A stretch of DNA of 64,000 nt, from assembly GCA_964610125.1 (NCBI GenBank), contig CAZSUV010000001.1, positions 120,035 to 184,034 on the forward strand. Reading direction: 5' to 3'. The notes below the pieces were generated by a model that saw nothing but the letters and a program-made list of their open reading frames with translations, ran no database searches and had not been told where the DNA came from. How positions within the stretch are numbered: the first letter of the stretch is position 1; each line of letters begins with the position of its first letter. Below are positions 45,886 through 55,869 of this stretch, piece by piece. Both the position numbers and the translations under genes were made by a program. This stretch comes from an uncultured Candidatus Saccharibacteria bacterium. Its GTDB lineage: Bacteria > Patescibacteriota > Dojkabacteria > SC72.

Positions 45886-47724
45886 TTGCCTTATAACATA
45901 AGCCTTTTTAATATGGAGAAAGAAAAGGATATTACGTTCGGTGAGTATATAAAAATTTCAAAGTGGGTGCTAAGTATAAGTTTTAAAATATCTCGAAGTA
46001 GTGAGATTATTCGGTTAGTTGGACAAATTTTCAATAATCTTGGCTTCTTGTACAACACATATATCATCTCAAAGATTATCGATGCTTTAGTAAAAGAATC
46101 TACATCTGTCGATGCTACGATACAAAGATTGCTCCCATATCTTGGAATTTTATTAGTTGTTAATACCATATTTGTAGTAATCGCAGAGCTAAGAGGTTAC
46201 GCTGATAGAAAGATGAATCAGTTATCTATGCCATTTTATGAAAAAATGAAATATGACAAAGTTCGGGAATTGGGATTGCAGACTCTAGAATTTCCGGATA
46301 TCGCAAATTTAAAGCAGAAAGTAGAGGAATGGTTAGGGCTAATTGGTAACATCGATAGCTCGATTGTGAGCATAATCTCTTTCTTAATTCGAATTGTTGT
46401 ATCTGGAATTGTGCTTTACAGTACGGTGCCTATCTTGATACCTATTGTTCTTCTAGCTTCAATTCTCTTCTATTTCAATAAACGCAAATATTTTAAAATG
46501 GAATTTGACTGGATTCGAAGAGAAGACCATATTTCTGGAAGGCGTAAGCATTACAAAATATCGACGGATCTATCAAATATTAATACAATAGGTGAAATTT
46601 CAATAACTGGAGCACACGACTATCTAGATGCTAAATTTCAAAAGTTTTTTGATTACTACGCTTGGGGATTTCTTCGAATAATCAAAAAGGAATATTTTGC
46701 GGATTTCTTATTGACCTTATTGAGCAACGTTGTAACAGTTTTAGGATACATTCAGGTCTTTGTTATATATCTTGCAAAATCAATTACTATTGGTAATGTT
46801 ACTTTCTATTTAGGTACCATAGATGGGTTTTATTCTGGTATTGAAAGATTCTTTAGAGAATTTGTAATATATCGAGATAATATGCTGAAAATCAAGGATG
46901 TATATACTTTCTTTCAATTGGAGTCAAAAATTAAAGATGGAAGTTATGCTCTTCCTCGATTCGTAACTCCTCCTGCAATAGATATTAAAAACTTGTCTTT
47001 TCATTATCCCAACAACAAAATAAAGATATTGAAGAATTTTTCCTTAACAATTAAGGCAGGAGAAAAAATTGCAATTGTTGGTGAAAATGGAGCGGGCAAA
47101 TCAACCTTAGTAAAGATGCTAGCTAGAGTATATGATCCTCAAGAAGGGGAAATATTGATAAACGAAAGAAATATTAAAGAAATTAAACTTGATGATTGGT
47201 ACAAAAACTTGGGTATACTTTTCCAAGACTTCAACTTCTATGGAGAGTTAAATGCACAAGAAAATATATATATTGGAAAATCAGTTAAGCCCATGGATAT
47301 GGATAAAGTTAAAGAGGCGTCTCATAACGCAGATGCCTATGATTTTATTCAAAAATATCCTAAAAAGTTTGAAACTATTATGAACGAAAGGTATGAGGGA
47401 GGTATACAACCAAGTAAAGGTCAACAACAGAAGATAGCTATAGCTAGGTTCTTCTACAGAGATGCTCCGGTTGCCATATTCGATGAGCCTACCTCTGCTA
47501 TAGATGCAGAATCAGAGTATAAGATATTCAATAAGATATATAAGTTCTTTGATAATAAAACTGTTATCATCATTTCCCATAGATTTTCTACTGTAAGAAA
47601 TGCAGACAGAATAGTTGTACTAGATCAGGGGAGAATTGTAGAAGAAGGTTCTCATCAAGAGCTTCTAGCTATGGGTGGAAAATATGCTCAAGCATTCAAG
47701 AAACAGGCTGAGGGATATTTGTAA
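45886..47724 (+). CDS. ABC transporter fused permease/ATP-binding protein (exporter type)
   Basis: 6-TM domain then NBD: Walker A GENGAGKST, signature PSKGQQQK, Walker B IFDEPTSAID; 612 aa. Confidence 0.85.
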   Translation: MPYNISLFNMEKEKDITFGEYIKISKWVLSISFKISRSSEIIRLVGQIFNNLGFLYNTYIISKIIDALVKESTSVDATIQRLLPYLGILLVVNTIFVVIAELRGYADRKMNQLSMPFYEKMKYDKVRELGLQTLEFPDIANLKQKVEEWLGLIGNIDSSIVSIISFLIRIVVSGIVLYSTVPILIPIVLLASILFYFNKRKYFKMEFDWIRREDHISGRRKHYKISTDLSNINTIGEISITGAHDYLDAKFQKFFDYYAWGFLRIIKKEYFADFLLTLLSNVVTVLGYIQVFVIYLAKSITIGNVTFYLGTIDGFYSGIERFFREFVIYRDNMLKIKDVYTFFQLESKIKDGSYALPRFVTPPAIDIKNLSFHYPNNKIKILKNFSLTIKAGEKIAIVGENGAGKSTLVKMLARVYDPQEGEILINERNIKEIKLDDWYKNLGILFQDFNFYGELNAQENIYIGKSVKPMDMDKVKEASHNADAYDFIQKYPKKFETIMNERYEGGIQPSKGQQQKIAIARFFYRDAPVAIFDEPTSAIDAESEYKIFNKIYKFFDNKTVIIISHRFSTVRNADRIVVLDQGRIVEEGSHQELLAMGGKYAQAFKKQAEGYL

Positions 47725-47783
47725 TTGACCAATCATTGGTTATCTGCCACAATATACCTATCTAATATTTAAATATATCTGTA

Positions 47784-47990
47784 ATGAAAGTATCTATAGA
47801 CAAGACAAAATGTGCAGTATGTGGATCATGTGTTGCCATATGTCCTGAAGTATTTGAAATGAGAGATGATGGAGTAGTTGATGTTAAGCCTGAGTATCAG
47901 GGAGTAGAAATTACAGATCCTCAAATACAAGAAAAGGTAAGACAAGCGTTTGATGCATGTCCTGCTATGGCTATAGTTATAGAGGAGTAG
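47784..47990 (+). CDS. fdx: Small 4Fe-4S ferredoxin
   Basis: 68 aa, CAVCGSCVAICP...C motif. Confidence 0.75.
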   Translation: MKVSIDKTKCAVCGSCVAICPEVFEMRDDGVVDVKPEYQGVEITDPQIQEKVRQAFDACPAMAIVIEE

Positions 47991-47998
47991 AAACGGAT

Positions 47999-48412
47999 AT
48001 GGATGATTGTATTTTTTGTAAAATTGTTAAGGGAGAGATTCCTTGTTACAAACTTTATGAAAATGATTCCGTTATCGCTTGGTTAGATATCCAACCTTTA
48101 AGTAAAGGGCATCTTTTGGTTGTTCCTAAAGAACATTACAAAGATATCCATGAAGCTCCCGAAGAAACCTTGTGTGAAGTTATGAAGGTAACTAGAATAA
48201 TGGCAAACAAAATAAAGGAAGAATTACATCCAGAAGCAATATTGATTAATCAGAATAATGGTGAAAGGGCGGGGCAAACTATTATGCATTATCACATGCA
48301 TATAAAGCCAATATATGAGGATACTCACTGTAATAGTGAGGACGGACATAGACGAGGATTCTCTGATGAAGAAATGAAAGCTGTAGAGAAGTTGTTAAAA
48401 GTTTCTAATTAG
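47999..48412 (+). CDS. HIT-family (histidine triad) protein. The ATG at 47999 is the likely start; the track ORF starts at 47957 and overlaps fdx.
   Basis: CIFCKIVKGEIP...; triad HYHMHI. Confidence 0.8.
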   Translation: MDDCIFCKIVKGEIPCYKLYENDSVIAWLDIQPLSKGHLLVVPKEHYKDIHEAPEETLCEVMKVTRIMANKIKEELHPEAILINQNNGERAGQTIMHYHMHIKPIYEDTHCNSEDGHRRGFSDEEMKAVEKLLKVSN

Positions 48413-49277
48413 TCTTAAAGAATTGTAATATCTGGTCCATATATTCAGTATCTAAATCAAAGTGTGTTTTTCCTTCCAATGTAACTAGGGGAATATCTTT
48501 CCCAAGATTCTTCATGTATGCAACAAAATTGACTGAGTTGGAGTATCCAATATTTACATCGGCAGTACCATGCCATATTTGTATCCCAATATTCATTATC
48601 TTATCTACATCAGCTTGTTTCCATTCATATGTTCTAGTGGTTGGAGCAAGCAAAGCTATTTTAGCAATATTTTCTGGATATTTTTGAGCGAAATGCATAG
48701 TTGGTAAGCCACCCATACTAAATCCAATCAAATATATCTTTCCGTTTGTGGTGTAATGAGATTCTATCCACTGTTGAAGAAGTAGCATATCTGCTACAGA
48801 TGCTGCGTTCCCCCAGTTCTCATCATGCTCGTTGGATGCTGCAAATATGAAATTTTGCTCTCCAAAGTATTTCCCATATCCTTGCATATCAATCATGAAT
48901 GGATCGTACATATCGGAAATGATTCTAGTATTGGAACCATGACTATACAGAATGATTGATGGAGGATTATCTGTATCTATGCTTGTTGGTACAGCTATAT
49001 ATGCTGTTTGCCCTTCAAACTCTCTTACAATTTCTACATATTTAGGACCCTCAGGGGTAGTAGGCTCTTCTTCCCCAGTGGCAGCATTCTCTTGTGTTTG
49101 GTTTTGAGTCTCTTCCTGTTTAATTTCTTCTTTGGGAGGATTTTTTTCTACCAATACTTGGTATGCAAGATATGCGGGGAAAGCTAAAAGTAGGAGGAAT
49201 ACAATAAAAAGTACAATATCACTTATGTGTATTTTCTTTTCTGTATTCTCCATATCATAATTATATTGATTTTTCAT
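48405..49277 (-). CDS. Secreted alpha/beta-hydrolase (esterase/lipase-like)
   Basis: N-terminal TM/signal, nucleophile elbow GFSMGG, 290 aa. Confidence 0.7.
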   Translation of the reverse strand: MKNQYNYDMENTEKKIHISDIVLFIVFLLLLAFPAYLAYQVLVEKNPPKEEIKQEETQNQTQENAATGEEEPTTPEGPKYVEIVREFEGQTAYIAVPTSIDTDNPPSIILYSHGSNTRIISDMYDPFMIDMQGYGKYFGEQNFIFAASNEHDENWGNAASVADMLLLQQWIESHYTTNGKIYLIGFSMGGLPTMHFAQKYPENIAKIALLAPTTRTYEWKQADVDKIMNIGIQIWHGTADVNIGYSNSVNFVAYMKNLGKDIPLVTLEGKTHFDLDTEYMDQILQFFKTN

Positions 49278-49318
49278 TCATCTGTCTATGAGATGGTATA
49301 ATATTAATTACTTAAATT

Positions 49319-50083
49319 TTGTGGCTTAATGAAATGACAGAAACAAAGAAAAGTGAGACTAAAGAGGTGGTCATAAACCTCGATACATTCGCAATTCCTT
49401 TAGCAATAATAATCGCAGGTGTAATAATTGCACTTGGGATATTCTTTGCAAATAAGAATGCAGATACGAAGGGTACGGCGAATACGAATGATACGACTAA
49501 TACAGATACCACAGGGGATACCTACAAATCAGCTACAACTACGATAGCTGACGGTGCTGTATTGGGAAATAGGGATAAGGCAAAGGTTGCTATAGTTATG
49601 TACAGTGACTATCAGTGTCCATATTGTCAGACTTTTGAGAAGGATACCCTGTCTGATATTGTGAGTAATTATGTTGATACCGATCAAGCTATATTTGTAT
49701 TTAGAAACTATCCATTGAGCTTCCATGGTGAGATTACATACAACTCTGCATATGCAGGTGAATGTGTGTTTGATCAATTAGGAAGTGAGAAGCTAAGAGA
49801 ATTCCATAGCAAGACATATTTGGCAAAAGATATGACAGCTGTTAATGCTGTGGCTCAAGAATTAGGCGTAGATATGACCAAGTACAATACTTGTGTAACC
49901 AATCAAACATTCAAGAGCAGGGTAGATGCAGACTTCGCAGCTGGACAAGCTGCTGGAGTCTCAGGTACCCCAGGATTTGTTGTTGGAACTTTGGATGGCG
50001 ATAAGGTAACAGGGAAGCTTATCGAAGGAGCGTATCCATTTGCTTCATTCAAGGCAGTAATAGATGAGATGTTAGCTAAGTAG
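49319..50083 (+). CDS. DsbA-like thiol:disulfide oxidoreductase, membrane-anchored
   Basis: N-terminal TM; thioredoxin-fold active site CPYC; 254 aa. Confidence 0.8.
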   Translation: MWLNEMTETKKSETKEVVINLDTFAIPLAIIIAGVIIALGIFFANKNADTKGTANTNDTTNTDTTGDTYKSATTTIADGAVLGNRDKAKVAIVMYSDYQCPYCQTFEKDTLSDIVSNYVDTDQAIFVFRNYPLSFHGEITYNSAYAGECVFDQLGSEKLREFHSKTYLAKDMTAVNAVAQELGVDMTKYNTCVTNQTFKSRVDADFAAGQAAGVSGTPGFVVGTLDGDKVTGKLIEGAYPFASFKAVIDEMLAK

Positions 50084-50091
50084 AACCCCAT

Positions 50092-50119
50092 CCCAGGACT
50101 GACCTAGGTCAGTCCTGGG
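50092..50119. repeat. Perfect 28 bp palindrome CCCAGGACTGACCTAGGTCAGTCCTGGG (REP-like/IS end hairpin, left)
   Basis: Seen directly. The core GGACTGACCTAGGTCAGTCC recurs at 50625-50644 on the other side of the transposase gene. Confidence 0.85.
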
Positions 50120-50159
50120 GTTCATTCAGATTTAATAACCCAGTGCTACAATTGGGTTT

Positions 50160-50636
50160 ATGAAGAAAATCCCAGTCATCAAACTGTATAGAAGTGAAAA
50201 CTTCTACCATATATACAATAGAGGCAATAACAAAGCCTTAATTTGCCGTACCTATAAGGATTACATTGCTCTTAGAGGATTGATGTATAGATTTATCAAG
50301 GAAAAGAGGCTACTTCTTGTATGTTACTGCTTCATGCCAAACCATTTCCATCTAATTATCAAACTTAGAGATGATTTGGAGGGGATTTCAAAATTCATGC
50401 GGGCATATATGACATCATATGTCATGTATTTCAATAGAAGATATCGAAGAGTTGGACATCTTTTTCAAAGTCCATTTCAAGCGAGAAGAATTGAAGATGA
50501 TAGGGATTTACATAAGGTAATAGAATACATTAAACAGAACCCAGTGGAAGCAGGATTAATCTCATCTAAAACAGGCCTCAAATACCGATGGTTATTTGTA
50601 AAAAGGACATTCTATAGGAGGGGAGGACTGACCTAG
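50160..50636 (+). mobile_element. tnpA: HUH Y1 single-strand transposase gene (IS200/IS605 TnpA or RAYT-like), 158 aa
   Basis: HuH motif PNHFHLII; catalytic Tyr helix EYIKQNPVEAG; size typical of Y1 transposases; bracketed by identical palindromes. Confidence 0.75.
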
Positions 50637-50645
50637 GTCAGTCCT
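50624..50645. repeat. Perfect 22 bp palindrome AGGACTGACCTAGGTCAGTCCT (right copy). It overlaps the tnpA stop codon.
   Basis: Seen directly. It matches the core of the left palindrome. Confidence 0.85.
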
Positions 50646-50656
50646 AATAAGGTCAG

Positions 50657-51802
50657 TTATTTTTTCTTTCCTTTGTTCCAGGCTTCTAATTTCATTCTGA
50701 TGAAGGCTCCAACGGCTGTGGACATTAGGGCTACTGAGTAGAAGAATCCTATGAATGGTACGAGCCCAACCAATACAGAGATTAATCGTCCAATGGCTAG
50801 TGATTTAAATGGTCTGTACCCTTCTGATTTGAGCAAATGTAATATCTTTTGTCCAAATGCAGTTTCAACCCACAACTGACCAAAGATGGTGAGGAACAAG
50901 ATCAATCCAAATACAAAGAATGCTAATGGAAGACCTACTAATGAAATACTTAGTAAAAGTAATGCTACTGGAGCAACTACTAGAACCGCAAATCCGATTA
51001 ACAAACTAAAGATGAAATCTTTTGGACTTCCAGTAATCTTTGCCATGATCTTACCTGTTTTAACAGGTGCAGAAGCAATCATTACATATCCAACTAAACT
51101 CAAGCTACAGAATGAGAAGAGAGCTCCAAATAGCTTGTCTGTCCAGTTCGTTGCATATACCTTTGGAGTATTGAGATCAACCTCTTTATCAAAGATTACA
51201 CCTTGTTCTTTAGCAATATTCTCAATTATTACAGAATCATATATATTTCCAGTGACTTTTTCTTCTTGTAAGCTATATTTGCTTCCTAAGATTATTAAAT
51301 CTCCTTTGATTAACGTATCGATTGTTCCATCGCTTGTAATGAATCTTGCATCATCACCAACTGAGCCAGTTAGGCTTGTTCTCATAGCTATATTTACATA
51401 GTCTTTTTCTACATTTCCACTAAAGTTTACTGAGGAACCGATGGTATATGCATTAGCTTTTACAATCCCTTGGATAGAGATGTCATTACCTACAGCTACG
51501 AGATTCCCATACGTATTTCCGGTGAATGTAATATTTGAACCCACAACATATACATCTCCAGTAATTGTTCCTGTGATTTTTACATCTGTAGCAGCAATGA
51601 AGAGGTCTCCTTGAACTAGACCATTAATCTCTGTGTAGCTGTTTGTTACATAGAGATCATCTGCAACGGTTTGATCTTGGTTTAAGGTGTAATCCTTAAA
51701 GTGAAATTCTGCAGCATTGGCTGGTTTTGTAGCTACGATACCGATGAGTACTGTTAGCAAAGGAATTGCTAATATACTTAAGAGTCTTTTTGAAATGGAC
51801 AT
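50657..51802 (-). CDS. Membrane protein with an extracytoplasmic beta-helical repeat domain (bactofilin/DUF4097-like) and a C-terminal polytopic region
   Basis: Signal peptide; repeated V/I-x-G-x-V/I hexapeptide-like strands (ITGTITGDVYVVGSNITFTGNTYGNLVAVGNDISIQG...); then about 5 TM helices; 381 aa. Confidence 0.55.
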   Translation of the reverse strand: MSISKRLLSILAIPLLTVLIGIVATKPANAAEFHFKDYTLNQDQTVADDLYVTNSYTEINGLVQGDLFIAATDVKITGTITGDVYVVGSNITFTGNTYGNLVAVGNDISIQGIVKANAYTIGSSVNFSGNVEKDYVNIAMRTSLTGSVGDDARFITSDGTIDTLIKGDLIILGSKYSLQEEKVTGNIYDSVIIENIAKEQGVIFDKEVDLNTPKVYATNWTDKLFGALFSFCSLSLVGYVMIASAPVKTGKIMAKITGSPKDFIFSLLIGFAVLVVAPVALLLLSISLVGLPLAFFVFGLILFLTIFGQLWVETAFGQKILHLLKSEGYRPFKSLAIGRLISVLVGLVPFIGFFYSVALMSTAVGAFIRMKLEAWNKGKKK

Positions 51803-51920
51803 TGTTTTTTGTATGATAATTTACTACATATATAGTAGCACAAATAGGTTTCCATTTGTCACATCCCGATGGTATGATGATATTTGCTATTGGGTATTTT
51901 TCTATTTATAATCTACCAAC

Positions 51921-52685
51921 ATGCTTAACTACTTTGAACTTCTTTGGCAGTTCATAACAACAGATTTCAAACTCAGATACAAGAACTCTTACTTAGGCAT
52001 CATATGGATTGTCCTAAAACCTTTAGCAATGTTCAGCATCATCTATGTAATATGGTCAAACATTTTCAAAATGGGACCAGAATACAAGATGGGATTGCTT
52101 CTAGGAATCATCATGATGAACTTCTTTAGTGAAGCCATAATGATGGGGATGGATTCGTTAATGTCAAAAGCCGGAATCATATTGAAGATTAAATTCCCAA
52201 GAGAAGTGGTTATATATAGTGGAGTAACAATCGCTCTCATAGACTTCGTTTTCAACATGGTAGTCTTTGGTATCTTTTGTATATTTACTCCAGTTACTAC
52301 AACAGTGCTCGGTGTTTTACTTTTCCTTATGGCAATAGCAAGTATCTTCATACTTACACTTGGAATAAGTCTTTTCTCTAGTATCATATTCATCAAACTT
52401 AGAGATATCCATAACTTGGTAGAAGTTGGTTTACAATTGATCTTTTGGGCAACTCCGATCTACTATACATTAACAATGATGCCTGAGAATATACAAAAAA
52501 TCATAAAGCTCAATCCATTAACATTGATTGTCACATATGCCAGAAAAGGATTAATTACAGGAAACACTGTAAGAACAGAAGATTTCTTACAACTAGGTAT
52601 CGTTTTCTTAATCTGTTGCTTAGTGCTTTTACTTGGAAATATCTTCTTCAAGAAAAAAGTTTCTAAAATAGCCGAATACTTCTAA
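51921..52685 (+). CDS. ABC-2 type polysaccharide/teichoic-acid export permease (Wzm/TagG-like)
   Basis: 6-TM ABC-2 permease; LKYKNSYLGIIWIVLKPL signature; 254 aa. Confidence 0.8.
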   Translation: MLNYFELLWQFITTDFKLRYKNSYLGIIWIVLKPLAMFSIIYVIWSNIFKMGPEYKMGLLLGIIMMNFFSEAIMMGMDSLMSKAGIILKIKFPREVVIYSGVTIALIDFVFNMVVFGIFCIFTPVTTTVLGVLLFLMAIASIFILTLGISLFSSIIFIKLRDIHNLVEVGLQLIFWATPIYYTLTMMPENIQKIIKLNPLTLIVTYARKGLITGNTVRTEDFLQLGIVFLICCLVLLLGNIFFKKKVSKIAEYF

Positions 52686-53425
52686 TGGATGAAATCAAAC
52701 CAATAATACATATAAAGAATGTAAAAAAATCTTTCTTCTTGCCACAGGAGAAGCATGATACGCTTGTGGAATTTTTGCATAATCCTCTTAGACTATTTAA
52801 GCCAGCAGGGGAACAATATTCAGTACTTAAAGATATTGATTTGGATATATATCCAGGAGAATTTGTTGGAATAATGGGTAGAAATGGATCAGGGAAATCT
52901 ACATTGTTAAAAATAATGGCAGGGATATATGAACCAACAAGTGGATCTGTAAAAGTTAATGGGAAATTAGTTCCATTTCTAGAACTAGGGGTAGGATTTA
53001 ATCCAGAGCTATCAGCAAGGGAAAATGTATATCTTAATGGCGTTATCTTAGGAATGAAGAGAAATGTTTTAAAGGAAAAATATCATGAGATTGTAGAATT
53101 TGCAGAATTGGAAAAATTCATGGAAGTTCCGCTTAAGAATTTCTCATCGGGTATGCAGGTTAGATTAGCATTCTCAATTGCCATAATGGCAGATGCTGAT
53201 GTATATCTTCTTGATGAGGTATTAGCAGTAGGCGATGTGGCTTTCCAAGAAAAGTGTTTTAACGTATTTAGAAAGTACAAAGCAGATGGAAAGACTGTTG
53301 TTTTAGTTACACATTCACCAGAGTCAGTAAAAGGTTTCTGTGATAGGGCAGTGTTTATCAAGGATGGCTTAATACAACCAACTAACTCTGTTGACGAAGT
53401 TATACAAGCATACATAAATGGATAA
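52685..53425 (+). CDS. ABC transporter ATP-binding protein (Wzt/TagH-like)
   Basis: Walker A GRNGSGKST, signature FSSGMQVRLAF, Walker B YLLDEVLAVGD; translationally coupled to the permease. Confidence 0.85.
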   Translation: MDEIKPIIHIKNVKKSFFLPQEKHDTLVEFLHNPLRLFKPAGEQYSVLKDIDLDIYPGEFVGIMGRNGSGKSTLLKIMAGIYEPTSGSVKVNGKLVPFLELGVGFNPELSARENVYLNGVILGMKRNVLKEKYHEIVEFAELEKFMEVPLKNFSSGMQVRLAFSIAIMADADVYLLDEVLAVGDVAFQEKCFNVFRKYKADGKTVVLVTHSPESVKGFCDRAVFIKDGLIQPTNSVDEVIQAYING

Positions 53426-54650
53426 AAGTACATTAAGGACCAGACACAATTGGATTTTGTTAAAAAGGATTGGAATCAATATTCTTGAGAAATTGCATAT
53501 TAAGGATTTCTTAAGAAGAAGTTTGGACCGAAATACTCCTGTGTTTAGAGTCTCATTAGATATTAATCCCAAACTAAAATCCATAATTGTGCTTCCAAAT
53601 ATGCCTTGGGGTTACAGGAAACAAAGACCTCAACAGATATTCTCAAGATTAGCTAAGAAAGGTTACAACATTTTCTACATTTCTCCTTTGACCTCAGACA
53701 AGGAATATATGGTGGAATTGGAGAAGAATATATATGAGGTACATTTGAAGACTAAGGTAAGTGGTGATGTTTTGAGAGATTTCCATTTGGATATGGAAAA
53801 TCAAAAAATGTTTGTTGAATCTTTAAATACTTTGTTAGGAGAATATGTTAAGAAGGATACTTTGTTGTTTGTACTTCATCCTGTATGGAAAAATGTTGCT
53901 TTTGAGATTGAGAATGTTAAGAGGATATATGATTTGATGGATCTGTATTCTGGGTTTGATAATGCAAGAGAAGAATTAGTGAAGGATGAGGAGGAATTGA
54001 TTATTAATTCTGATATTGTCATAACTACCGCTCAAAATCTTTTTGATCATGCGAGTGGTTTGAACAAAAATACGTATTTGATTAGGAATGGATGTGACTA
54101 TGAGGAGTTTAATAAATTGGAGAAGAATGGGATTCTTGATTCACTGCAGGACAGGCCTATTATTGGTTTCTATGGTGCTATTAATACTTGGTTGGATGCG
54201 GATATTTTAGATGCGGTTATAAAGGCTAACAAGGACAAATATTTTGTATTTCTTGGGGCAGTTAATACTGGAAATGTGGTTAAGTTGGGTAAGCATAGGA
54301 ATGTATTTTTCTTAGGTGAGGTTGGGCATGATGAGTTACCCGGCTATTTGGCATATTTTGATGTTTGTACTATTCCTTTTGTTTTGAATGATTTAATTAA
54401 GAGTACTAATCCTGTTAAGTTCTATGAGTATATTAGTTCGGGTAAGCCAGTGGTATCTGTTAGATTACCTGAGTTAGAACAATATTCCGATATTTGTTAT
54501 TTGTATGATAATGTTGAGGAATTTAGTAAGTATATATATGTGGCATTACATGACGATACAGAGGAATTAAAAAAGAAGAGAATGGGGGTGGCAAGTGAGA
54601 ATAGTTGGGATACCCGAGTTGGCGATATCTTAAAAGTTGTTATACAATAA
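53418..54650 (+). CDS. Glycosyltransferase, GT-B fold (GT4-like)
   Basis: 410 aa. C-terminal region with the E-x7-E-like donor-binding pattern (KFYEYISSGKPVV). Paralog of 59463..60752. Confidence 0.7.
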   Translation: MDKSTLRTRHNWILLKRIGINILEKLHIKDFLRRSLDRNTPVFRVSLDINPKLKSIIVLPNMPWGYRKQRPQQIFSRLAKKGYNIFYISPLTSDKEYMVELEKNIYEVHLKTKVSGDVLRDFHLDMENQKMFVESLNTLLGEYVKKDTLLFVLHPVWKNVAFEIENVKRIYDLMDLYSGFDNAREELVKDEEELIINSDIVITTAQNLFDHASGLNKNTYLIRNGCDYEEFNKLEKNGILDSLQDRPIIGFYGAINTWLDADILDAVIKANKDKYFVFLGAVNTGNVVKLGKHRNVFFLGEVGHDELPGYLAYFDVCTIPFVLNDLIKSTNPVKFYEYISSGKPVVSVRLPELEQYSDICYLYDNVEEFSKYIYVALHDDTEELKKKRMGVASENSWDTRVGDILKVVIQ

Positions 54651-54686
54651 ACATCAGATATTTAAAATTTCTGTAGATCTACAATT

Positions 54687-55421
54687 ATGTTCCATAAAAC
54701 TGATTTTGCAATAGTTACTCCAATGGCAAACGAGTCTGACGGATTTGATGAATTCATTGGTGCTATATCTAAAGTTTTAGACCTTTTAGAAAGCGGAAAA
54801 GTATATTTTGTGGTGGACAATGTTTCAAAAGATAATACATTAGAATTATGTAAAAAATTATCAAAAAAAGATTCGAGGTTTGTTACCGTTTGGGCTCCTG
54901 AGAATAGGAATGTTGTAGATGCATATATTCGAGGTTATCAGGAAGCTGTTAATAATGGCCATGAATTTATTATAGAAATGGATGCTGGGTTATCACATGA
55001 TCCAAGAGCAATACCAATGTTCTTAAGAGTTTTGAACGAAGGAAATGAATGTGCTTTTGGTAGTCGTTTTATATCAGGTGGATCTATTCAAGATTCTTCG
55101 TGGAAACGTTCACTCCTCTCAAAGGGAGGTACAACTTTATCCAATTTACTTCTTGGTACTACAATGCATGATATGACCTCGGGTTATCAAGGATTCCATG
55201 TAGATATTGTAAAGAGATTTCTAGCATATAAGCTTCTTTCTAAGGCTCATTTTTATCAAACAGAACTAAGATACTTGCTTCGTAAGACTAGATATATAGA
55301 AGTTCCAATACACTACAGATCTCCATCTCCAAGCGTATCAAAGAAAGCTATTAAGAACTCATTCCAAGTTCTATTTCACTACTTCTTCTTAAGATTAAGA
55401 TCAAAATCCGTTTCCATATAA
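54687..55421 (+). CDS. GT2-family glycosyltransferase (polyprenyl-phosphate sugar synthase, DPM1-like)
   Basis: FAIVTPMANESD...VVDNVSKDNT...; DxD-type motif; 244 aa. Confidence 0.75.
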   Translation: MFHKTDFAIVTPMANESDGFDEFIGAISKVLDLLESGKVYFVVDNVSKDNTLELCKKLSKKDSRFVTVWAPENRNVVDAYIRGYQEAVNNGHEFIIEMDAGLSHDPRAIPMFLRVLNEGNECAFGSRFISGGSIQDSSWKRSLLSKGGTTLSNLLLGTTMHDMTSGYQGFHVDIVKRFLAYKLLSKAHFYQTELRYLLRKTRYIEVPIHYRSPSPSVSKKAIKNSFQVLFHYFFLRLRSKSVSI

Positions 55422-55859
55422 ATGAACTATTTAGGAATCAAAGAAAAAATTGTCTCATTATCAAAAAAGGAAATAGTTATTGAAGGTATTAAATATCTTT
55501 TTGTAGGAGGAACCTGTACACTGCTTGATTTCTTGCTTCTTTATATTCTCAAAGATCATTTAGGAGTTAATTATGTAATTGCTTCAGGAATATCCTTTAG
55601 TGCAGGAGTTATTCTAAATTATTTTCTCTGTACATTATGGATTTTTAAAACAAGAATAATAAATAATCGTTATGGAGAATTTTTGATATATGTTGTTATC
55701 TCAGTAGTAGGTTTATTAATAAATACAGGTTTGATATGGTTATTTACTGAAATGTTTGGTATTCCAGTTTTGTTTTCAAAAGTTTTGGGAACACCAATTG
55801 TTTTAATCTGGAATTTCTTTGGTAGAAAATATTTGGCCCATACAATTAAAGTTAAATAA
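55422..55859 (+). CDS. GtrA-family membrane protein
   Basis: 145 aa, 4 TM; GtrA-like sequence (FLFVGGTCTLLDFLLLYIL). Typically partners GT2 polyprenyl-P sugar synthases. Confidence 0.75.
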   Translation: MNYLGIKEKIVSLSKKEIVIEGIKYLFVGGTCTLLDFLLLYILKDHLGVNYVIASGISFSAGVILNYFLCTLWIFKTRIINNRYGEFLIYVVISVVGLLINTGLIWLFTEMFGIPVLFSKVLGTPIVLIWNFFGRKYLAHTIKVK

Positions 55860-55869
55860 ATATAAAGAT

